A stretch of 64,000 nucleotides of DNA from Eledone cirrhosa (lineage: Eukaryota): NCBI GenBank assembly GCA_964016885.1, contig OZ024755.1:39680001-39744000 (forward strand), read 5' to 3'. The notes beneath the pieces were generated by a model, which worked only from the letters and a program-made list of their open reading frames with translations, did not search any database and was not told the origin of the DNA. Position numbers and translations under genes: made by a program. How positions within the stretch are numbered: position 1 is the stretch's first letter; the number at the start of each line of letters is the position of its first letter. Shown here in pieces: positions 52,501 through 64,000 of the stretch.

Positions 52501-55500
52501 GATATATGTTAGTGTGTGATATAAGTTAGTGTGTGATATATGTTAGTGTGTGATATATGTTAGTGTGTGATATATGTTAGTGTGTGATATACGTTAGTGT
52601 GTGATATATGTCAGTGTGTGATATATGTTAGTGTATGATATATGTTAGTGTGTGATATATGTTAGTGTGTGATATATTTTGTTGTGTGATATATGTTAGT
52701 GTGTAATATATGTTAGTGTGTGATATATGTTAGTGTGTGATATATGATAGTGTGTGATATATGTTAGTGTGTGATATATGTTAGTGTGTGATATATGTTA
52801 GTGTGTGATATATGATAGTGTGTGATATATGTTAGTGTGTGATATATGTTAGTGTGTGATATATGTTAGTGTGTGATATATGTTAGTGTATGATATATGT
52901 TAGTGTCTGATATATGTTAGTGTGTGATATATGTTAGTGTGTGATATATGTTAGTGTGTGATATATGTTAGTGTGTGATATATGATAGTGTGTGATATAT
53001 GTTAGTGTGTGATATATGTTAGTGTGTGATATATGTTAGTGTGTGATATATGTTAGTGTGTGATATATGTTAGTGTGTAATATATGTTAGTGTGTGATAT
53101 AAGTTAGTGCGTGATATATGGTAGTGTGTGATAATGTATGATATATGTTAGTGTGTGATATATGTTAATGTGTGATATATGTTAGTGTGTGATATATGAT
53201 AGTGTGTGATATATGTTAGTGTGTGATATATGTTAGTGTGTGATATATGTTAGTGTGTGATCTAATTTAGTGTGTTATATATGTTAGTGTGTGATATATG
53301 TTAGTGTGTGATATATTTTAGTGTGTGATATATTTTAGTGTGTGATATATGTTAGTGTGTGATATATGTTAGTGTGTGATATATTTTAGTGTGTGATATA
53401 TGTTAGTGTGTGATATATGTTAGTGTGTGATATATGTTAATGTGTGATATATGTTAGTGTGTGATATATGTTAATGTGTGATATATGTTAGTGTGTGATA
53501 TATGTTAGTGTGTGATATATGTTAGTGTGTGATATATGTTAGTGTGTGATATATGTTAATGTGTGATATATGTTAGTGTGTGATATATGTTAGTGTGTGA
53601 TATATGTTAGTGTGTGATATATGTTAGTGTGTGATATATGTTAGTGTGTAATATATTTTAGTATGTGATATATGTTAGTGTGTGATATAAGTTAGTGTGT
53701 GATATATGTTAGTGTATGATATATGTTAGTGTCTGATATATGTTAGTGTGTGATATAAGTTAGTGTGTGATATATGTTAGTGTGTGATATATGTTAGTGT
53801 GTGATATATGTTAGTGTGTGATATACGTTAGTGTGTGATATATGTCAGTGTGTGATATATGTTAGTGTATGATATATGTTAGTGTGTGATATATGTTAGT
53901 GTGTGATATATTTTGGTGTGTGATATATGTTAGTGTGTAATATATGTTAGTGTGTGATATATGTTAGTGTGTGATATATGATAGTGTGTGATATATGTTA
54001 GTGTGTGATATATGTTAATGTGTGATATATTTTAGTGTGTGATATATTTTAGTGTGTGATATATGTTAGTGTGTGATATATGTTAGTGTGTGATATATGT
54101 TAGTGTGTGATATATGTTAGTGTGTGATATATGTTAGTGTGTGATATATGTTAATGTGTGATATATGTTAGTGTGTGATATATGTTAGTGTGTGATATAT
54201 GTTAATGTGTGATATATGTTAGTGTGTGATATATGTTAATTTTTGATATATGTTAGTGTGTGATATATGTTAGTGTGTGATATATGTTAGTGTGTGATAT
54301 ATGTTAGTGTGTGATATATGTTAGTGTGTAATATATGTTAGTGTGTGATATATGTTAGTGAGTGATATATGTTAATGTGTGATATATGTTAGTGTGTGAT
54401 ATATGTTAGTGTGTAATATATTTTAGTATGTGATATATGTTAGTGTGTGATATAAGTTAGTGTGTGATATATGTTAGTGTATGATATATGTTAGTGTGTG
54501 ATATATGTTAGTGTGTGATATAAGTTAGTGTGTGATATATGTTAGTGTGTGATATATGTTAGTGTGTGATATATGTTAGTGTGTGATATACGTTAGTGTG
54601 TGATATATGTCAGTGTGTGATATATGTTAGTGTATGATATATGTTAGTGTGTGATTTATGTTAGTGTGTGATATATTTTGGTGTGTGATATATGTTAGTG
54701 TGTAATATATGTTAGTGTGTGATATATGTTAGTGTGTGATATATGATAGTGTGTGATATATGTTAATGTGTGATATATGTTAGTGTGTGATATATGTTAG
54801 TGTGTGATATATGATAGTGTGTGATATATGTTAGTGTGTGATATATGTTAGTGTGTGATATATGTTAGTGTGTGATATATGTTAATGTGTGATATATGTT
54901 AGTGTGTGATATATGTTAATTTGTGATATATGTTAGCGTGTGATATATGTTAGTGTGTGATATATGTTAGTGTGTGATATATGTTAGTGTGTGATATATG
55001 TTAGTGTGTAATATATGTTAGTGTGTGATATAAGTTAGTGTGTGATATATGTTAGTGTATGATATATGTTAGTGTGTGATATATGTTAGTGTGTGATATA
55101 AGTTAGTGTGTGATATATGTTAGTGTGTGATATATGTTAGTGTGTGATATATGTTAGTGTGTGATATACGTTAGTGTGTGATATATGTCAGTGTGTGATA
55201 TATGTTAGTGTATGATATATGTTAGTGTGTGATATATGTTAGTGTGTGATATATTTTGGTGTGTGATATATGTTAGTGTGTAATATATGTTAGTGTGTGA
55301 TATATGATAGTGTGTGATATATGATAGTGTGTGATATATGTTAGTGTGTGATATATGTTAGTGTGTGATATATGTTAGTGTGTGATATATGATAGTGTGT
55401 GATATATGTTAGTGTGTGATATATGTAAGTGTGTGATATATGTTAGTGTGTGATATATTTTGGTTTGTGATATATGTTAGTGTGTAATATATGTTAGTGT

Positions 55501-58500
55501 GTGATATATGTTAGTGTGTGATATATGATAGTGTGTAATATATGTTAGTGTGTGATATATGTTAGTGTGTGATATATGTTAGTGTGTAACATATGTTAGT
55601 GTGTGTATATGTTAGTGTGTAATATATGTTAGTGTGTAAATATATTTTGGTGTATGATATATGTTAGTGTGTGATATATGTTAATGTGTGATATATGTTA
55701 GTGTGTGATATATGTTAGTGTATAATATATGTTACTGTGTGATATATGTTAGTGTGTGATATATGTTAGTGCGTGATATATGGTAGAGTGTGATAATGTG
55801 TGATATATGTTAGTGTGTGATATATGATAGTGTGTGATATATGATAGTGTGTGATATATGTTAGTGTGTGATATATGTTAGTGTGTGATATATGTTAGTG
55901 TGTGATATATGTTAGTGTGTGATATATGTTAGTGTGTGATATACGTTAGTGTGTGATATATGATAGTGTGTGATATATGTTAGTGTGTGATATATGTTAA
56001 TGTGTGATATATGTTAGTGTGTGATATATGATAGTGTGTGATATATGTTAGTGTGTGATATATGTTAGTGTGTGATATATGTTAGTGTGTGATATAATTT
56101 AGTGTGTCATATATGTTAGTGTGTGACATATGTTAGTGTGTGATATATTTTAGTGTGTGATATATTTTAGTGTGTGATATATGTTAGTGTGTGATATATG
56201 TTAGTGTGTGATATATGTTAGTGTGTTATATATGTTAGTGTGTGATATATGTTAGTGTGTGATATATGTTAATGTGTGATATATGTTAGTGTGTGATATA
56301 TGTTAGTGTGTGATATATGTTAGTGTGTGATATATGTTAGTGTGTGATATATGTTAATGTGTGATATATGTTAGTGTGTGATATATGTTAATGTGTGATA
56401 TATGTTAGTGTGTGATATGTTAGTGTGTTATATATGTTAGTGTGTGATTTATTTTAGTGTGTGATATATGTTAGTGTGTGATATATGTTAATGTGTGATA
56501 TATGTTAGTGTGTGATATATGTTAGTGTGTGATATATGTCAGTGTGTAATATATGTTAATGTGTGATATATGTTAGTGTGTGATGTATGTTAGTGTGTGA
56601 TATATGTTAATGTGTGATATATGTTAGTGTGTGATATATGTTAATGTGTGATATATGTTAGTGTGTGATATATGCTAGTGTGTGATATATGTTTGTGTGT
56701 GATATATGTTAGTGTTTTATATATGTTAGTGTGTGATATATGTTAGTGTGTGATATATTTTAGTGTGTGATATATGTTAATGTGTGATATATGTTAGTGT
56801 GTGATATATGCTAGTGTGTGATATATGTTAGTGTGTAATATATCTTAGTGTGTGGTATATGTTAGTGTGTGATATAAGTTAGTGTGTGATATATGTTAGT
56901 GTGTGATATATTTTAGTGTGTGATATATGTTAGTGTGTGATATATGTTAATGTGTGATATATGTTAGTGTGTGATATATGTTAGTGTGTGATATATGTTA
57001 ATGTGTGATATATGTTAGTGTGTGATATATGTTAGTGTGTGATATATGTTAATGTGTGATATATGTTAGTGTGTGATATATGTTAATTTGTGATATATGT
57101 TAGTGTGTGATATATGTTAGTGTGTGATATATGTTAGTGTGTGATATATGTTAGTGTGTGATATATGTTAATGTGTGATATATGTTAGTGTGTGATATAT
57201 GTTAGTGTGTAATATATTTTAGTATGTGATATATGTTAGTGTGTGATATAAGTTAGTGTGTGATATATGTTAGTGTATGATATATGTTAGTGTCTGATAT
57301 ATGTTAGTGTGTGATATAAGTTAGTGTGTGATATATGTTAGTGTGTGATATATGTTAGTGTGTGATATATGTTAGTGTGTGATATACGTTAGTGTGTGAT
57401 ATATGTCAGTGTGTGATATATGTTAGTGTATGATATATGTTAGTGTGTGATATATGTTAGTGTGTGATATATGTTAATGTGTGATATATGTTAGTGTGTG
57501 ATATATGTTAATGTGTGATATATGTTAGTGTGTGATATATGTTAGTATGTGATATATGTTAGTGTGTGATCTAATTTAGTGTGTCATATATGTTAGTGTG
57601 TGATATATGTTAGTGTGTGATATATTTTAGTGTGTGATATATTTTAGTGTGTGATATATGTTAGTGTGCGATATATGTTAGTGTGTGATATATGTTAGTG
57701 TGTGATATATGTTAGTGTGTGATATATGTTAGTGTGTGATATATGTTAATGTGTGATATATGTTAGTGTGTGATATATGTTAGTGTGTGATATATGTTAA
57801 TGTGTGATATATGTTAGTGTGTGATATATGTTAATTTTTGATATATGTTAGTGTGTGATATATGTTAGTGTGTGATATATGTTAGTGTGTGATATATGTT
57901 AGTGTGTGATATATGTTAGTGTGTAATATATGTTAGTGTGTGATATATGTTAGTGAGTGATATATGTTAATGTGTGATATATGTTAGTGTGTGATATATG
58001 TTAGTGTGTAATATATTTTAGTATGTGATATATGTTAGTGTGTGATATAAGTTAGTGTGTGATATATGTTAGTGTATGATATATGTTAGTGTGTGATATA
58101 TGTTAGTGTGTGATATAAGTTAGTGTGTGATATATGTTAGTGTGTGATATATGTTAGTGTGTGATATATGTTAGTGTGTGATATACGTTAGTGTGTGATA
58201 TATGTCAGTGTGTGATATATGTTAGTGTATGATATATGTTAGTGTGTGATTTATGTTAGTGTGTGATATATTTTGGTGTGTGATATATGTTAGTGTGTAA
58301 TATATGTTAGTGTGTGATATATGTTAGTGTGTGATATATGATAGTGTGTGATATATGTTAATGTGTGATATATGTTAGTGTGTGATATATGTTAGTGTGT
58401 GATATATGATAGTGTGTGATATATGTTAGTGTGTGATATATGTTAGTGTGTGATATATGTTAGTGTGTGATATATGTTAATGTGTGATATATGTTAGTGT

Positions 58501-61500
58501 GTGATATATGTTAATTTGTGATATATGTTAGCGTGTGATATATGTTAGTGTGTGATATATGTTAGTGTGTGATATATGTTAGTGTGTGATATATGTTAGT
58601 GTGTAATATATGTTAGTGTGTGATATAAGTTAGTGTGTGATATATGTTAGTGTATGATATATGTTAGTGTGTGATATATGTTAGTGTGTGATATAAGTTA
58701 GTGTGTGATATATGTTAGTGTGTGATATATGTTAGTGTGTGATATATGTTAGTGTGTGATATACGTTAGTGTGTGATATATGTCAGTGTGTGATATATGT
58801 TAGTGTATGATATATGTTAGTGTGTGATATATGTTAGTGTGTGATATATTTTGGTGTGTGATATATGTTAGTGTGTAATATATGTTAGTGTGTGATATAT
58901 GATAGTGTGTGATATATGATAGTGTGTGATATATGTTAGTGTGTGATATATGTTAGTGTGTGATATATGTTAGTGTGTGATATATGATAGTGTGTGATAT
59001 ATGTTAGTGTGTGATATATGTAAGTGTGTGATATATGTTAGTGTGTGATATATTTTGGTTTGTGATATATGTTAGTGTGTAATATATGTTAGTGTGTGAT
59101 ATATGTTAGTGTGTGATATATGATAGTGTGTAATATATGTTAGTGTGTGATATATGTTAGTGTGTGATATATGTTAGTGTGTAACATATGTTAGTGTGTG
59201 TATATGTTAGTGTGTAATATATGTTAGTGTGTAAATATATTTTGGTGTATGATATATGTTAGTGTGTGATATATGTTAATGTGTGATATATGTTAGTGTG
59301 TGATATATGTTAGTGTATAATATATGTTACTGTGTGATATATGTTAGTGTGTGATATATGTTAGTGCGTGATATATGGTAGTGTGTGATAATGTGTGATA
59401 TATGTTAGTGTGTGATATATGATAGTGTGTGATATATGATAGTGTGTGATATATGTTAGTGTGTGATATATGTTAGTGTGTGATATATGTTAGTGTGTGA
59501 TATATGTTAGTGTGTGATATATGTTAGTGTGTGATATACGTTAGTGTGTGATATATGATAGTGTGTGATATATGTTAGTGTGTGATATATGTTAATGTGT
59601 GATATATGTTAGTGTGTGATATATGATAGTGTGTGATATATGTTAGTGTGTGATATATGTTAGTGTGTGATATATGTTAGTGTGTGATATAATTTAGTGT
59701 GTCATATATGTTAGTGTGTGACATATGTTAGTGTGTGATATATTTTAGTGTGTGATATATTTTAGTGTGTGATATATGTTAGTGTGTGATATATGTTAGT
59801 GTGTGATATATTTTAGTGTGTGATATATGTTAGTGTGTGATAAATGTTAGCGTGTGATATATGTTAGTGTGTGATATATGTTAGTGTGTGATATATGTTA
59901 GTGTGTGATATATGTTAGTGTGTTATATATGTTAGTGTGTGATATATGTTAGTGTGTGATATATGTTAATGTGTGATATATGTTAGTGTGTGATATATGT
60001 TAGTGTGTGATATATGTTAGTGTGTGATATATGTTAGTGTGTGATATATGTTAATGTGTGATATATGTTAGTGTGTGATATATGTTAATGTGTGATATAT
60101 GTTAGTGTGTGATATGTTAGTGTGTTATATATGTTAGTGTGTGATTTATTTTAGTGTGTGATATATGTTAGTGTGTGATATATGTTAATGTGTGATATAT
60201 GTTAGTGTGTGATATATGTTAGTGTGTGATATATGTCAGTGTGTGATATATGTTAATGTGTGATATATGTTAGTGTGTGATATATGTTAGTGTGTGATAT
60301 ATGTTAATGTGTGATATATGTTAGTGTGTGATATATGTTAATGTGTGATATATGTTAGTGTGTGATATATGCTAGTGTGTGATATATGTTTGTGTGTGAT
60401 ATATGTTAGTGTGTGATATATGTTAGTGTGTGATATATGTTAGTGTGTGATATATGTTAGTGTGTGATATATTTTAGTGTGTGATATATGTTAATGTGTG
60501 ATATATGTTAGTGTGTGATATATGCTAGTGTGTGATATATGTTAGTGTGTAATATATCTTAGTGTGTGGTATATGTTAGTGTGTGATATAAGTTAGTGTG
60601 TGATATATGTTAGTGTGTGATATATTTTAGTGTGTGATATATGTTAGTGTGTGATATATGTTAATGTGTGATATATGTTAGTGTGTGATATATGTTAGTG
60701 TGTGATATATGTTAATGTGTGATATATGTTAGTGTGTGATATATGTTAGTGTGTGATATATGTTAATGTGTGATATATGTTAGTGTGTGATATATGTTAA
60801 TTTGTGATATATGTTAGTGTGTGATATATGTTAGTGTGTGATATATGTTAGTGTGTGATATATGTTAGTGTGTGATATATGTTAATGTGTGATATATGTT
60901 AGTGTGTGATATATGTTAGTGTGTAATATATTTTAGTATGTGATATATGTTAGTGTGTGATATAAGTTAGTGTGTGATATATGTTAGTGTATGATATATG
61001 TTAGTGTCTGATATATGTTAGTGTGTGATATAAGTTAGTGTGTGATATATGTTAGTGTGTGATATATGTTAGTGTGTGATATATGTTAGTGTGTGATATA
61101 CGTTAGTGTGTGATATATGTCAGTGTGTGATATATGTTAGTGTATGATATATGTTAGTGTGTGATATATGTTAGTGTGTGATATATTTTTTTGTGTGATA
61201 TATGTTAGTGTGTAATATATGTTAGTGTGTGATATATGTTAGTGTGTGATATATGATAGTGTGTGATATATGTTAGTGTGTGATATATGTTAGTGTGTGA
61301 TATATGTTAGTGTGTGATATATGATAGTGTGTGATATATGTTAGTGTGTGATATATGTTAGTGTGTGATATATGTTAGTGTGTGATATATGTTAGTGTAT
61401 GATATATGTTAGTGTCTGATATATGTTAGTGTGTGATATATGTTAGTGTGTGATATATGTTAGTGTGTGATATATGTTAGTGTGTGATATATGATAGTGT

Positions 61501-64000
61501 GTGATATATGTTAGTGTGTGATATATGTTAGTGTGTGATATATGTTAGTGTGTGATATATGTTAGTGTGTGATATATGTTAGTGTGTAATATATGTTAGT
61601 GTGTGATATAAGTTAGTGCGTGATATATGGTAGTGTGTGATAATGTATGATATATGTTAGTGTGTGATATATGTTAATGTGTGATATATGTTAGTGTGTG
61701 ATATATGATAGTGTGTGATATATGTTAGTGTGTGATATATGTTAGTGTGTGATATATGTTAGTGTGTGATCTAATTTAGTGTGTCATATATGTTAGTGTG
61801 TGATATATGTTAGTGTGTGATATATTTTAGTGTGTGATATATTTTAGTGTGTGATATATGTTAGTGTGTGATATATGTTAGTGTGTGATATATTTTAGTG
61901 TGTGATATATGTTAGTGTGTGATATATATTAGTGTGTGATATATGTTAGTGTGTGATATATGTTAGTGTGTGATATATGTTAGTGTGTGATATATGTTAG
62001 TGTGTGATATATGTTAGTGTGTGATATATGTTAGTGTGTGATATATGTTAATGTGTGATATATGTTAGTGTGTGATATATGTTAATGTGTGATATATGTT
62101 AGTGTGTGATATATGTTAGTGTGTGATATATGTTAGTGTGTGATATATGTTAGTGTGTGATATATGTTAATGTGTGATATATGTTAGTGTGTGATATACG
62201 TTAGTGTGTGATATATGTTAGTGTGTGATATATGTTAGTGTGTGATATATGTTAGTGTGTGATATATGTTAGTGTGTAATATATCTTAGTATGTGATATA
62301 TGTTAGTGTGTGATATATCTTAGTGTGTAATATATCTTAGTGTGTGGTATATGTTAGTGTGTGATATAAGTTAGTGTGTGATATATGTTAGTGTGTGATT
62401 TATTTTAGTGTGTGATATATGTTAGTGTCTGATATATGTTAATGTGTGATATATGTTAGTGTGTGATATATGTTAGTGTGTGATATATGTTAGTGTGTGA
62501 TATATGTTAATGTGTGATATATGTTAGTGTGTGATATATGTTAGTGTGTGATATATGTTAATGTGTGATATATGTTAGTGTGTGATATATGTTAATGTGT
62601 GATATATGTTAGTGTGTGATATATGTTAGTGTGTGATATATGTTAGTGTGTGATATATGTTAATTTGTGATATATGTTAGTGTGTGATATATGTTAGTGT
62701 GTGATATATGTTAGTGAGTGATATATGTTAATGTGTGATATATGTTAGTGTGTGATATATGTTAGTGTTTGATATATGTTAGTGTGTGATATATGTTAGT
62801 GTGTGATATATGTTAGTGTGTGATATATGTTAGCGTGTGATATATGTTAGTGTGTGATATATGTTAGTGTGTGATATATGTTAATGTGTGATATATGTTA
62901 GTGTGTGATATATGTTAGTGTGTGATATATGTTAATGTGTGATATATGTTAGTGTGTGATATATGATAGTGTGTGATATATGTTAGTGTGTGATATATGT
63001 TAGTGTGTGATATATGTTAGTGTGTGATATAATTTAGTGTGTGATATATTTTAGTGTGTGATATATGTTAGTGTGTGATATATGTTAGTGTGTGATATAT
63101 GTTAGTGTGTGATATATGTTAGTGTGTGATATATGTTAGTGTGTGATATATGTTAGTGTGTGATATAATTTAGTGTGTGATATATGTTAGTGTGTGATAT
63201 ATGTTAGTGTGTGATATATGTTAGTGTGTGATATAATTTAGTGTGTGATATATGTTAGTGTGTGGTATATGTTAGTGTGTGATATATGTTAGTGTGTGAT
63301 ATATTTTAGTGTGTGATATATGTTAGTGTGTGATATATGTTAGTGTGTGATATATGTTAGTGTGTGATATAATTTAGTGTGTGATATATGTTAGTGTGTG
63401 GTATATGTTAGTGTGTGATATAAGTTAGTGTGTAATATATGTTAGTGTATAATATGTGTTAGTGTGTGATATATGTTAGTGTGTTATATATGTTAGTGTG
63501 TGATATATGTTAGTGTGTGATATAATTTAGTGTGTGATATATGTTAGTGTGTGGTATATGTTAGTGTGTGATATAAGTTAGTGTGTAATATATGTTAGTG
63601 TATAATATGTGTTAGTGTGTGATATATGTTAGTATGTGATATATGTTAGTGTGTGATATAAGTTAGTGTGTGATATATGTTATTGTATGATATATGTTAG
63701 TGTGTGATATATGTTAGTGTGTGATATAAGTTAGTGTGTGATATATGTTAGTGTGTGATATATGTTAGTGTGTGATATATGTTAGTGTGTGATATACGTT
63801 AGTGTGTGATATATGTTAATGTGTGATATATGTTAGTGTGTGATATATGTTAATGTGTGATATATGTTAGTGTGTGATATATGCTAGTGTGTGATATATG
63901 TTAGTGTGTGATATATGTTAGTGTGTGATATATGTTAGTGTGTGATATATTTTAGTGTGTGATATATGTTAGTGTGTGATATATGTTAATGTGTGATATA
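22534..64000. repeat. 17-bp satellite DNA array (GTTAGTGTGTGATATAT)n, roughly 2,400 copies, continuing past the window end
   Basis: Uninterrupted, single-orientation 17-bp period with point variants and rare short indels. Confidence 0.99.

Overview
Repeat-dominated eukaryotic DNA with no intact host gene; the SINE families and abundant (TA)n tracts suggest an octopus/coleoid cephalopod (inference). The first ~22.5 kb is a mosaic of decayed retroelements: an L1/Tx1-type RT fragment, an RTE LINE with a PHD-like C4HC3 finger after the RT core, a Penelope-like element (RT + C-terminal GIY-YIG), two CRE-type RLE fragments and many tRNA-derived SINEs. It also holds minisatellites (27, 29 and ~88 bp units) and microsatellites. 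From 22534 to the window end is a >41 kb array of a 17-bp, C-free satellite (GTTAGTGTGTGATATAT) with layered kb-scale segmental duplications. The most notable observation is a cluster of 7-8 minimal type-I hammerhead ribozyme motifs from at least six unrelated sequences within 20 kb. Several sit in short inserts in (TA)n, are followed by AATAAA or preceded by a fold-back palindrome, and most carry a non-canonical U.U or C.A at the 10.1-11.1 core-closing position. Nearly all ORFs in the supplied track are repeat artefacts.
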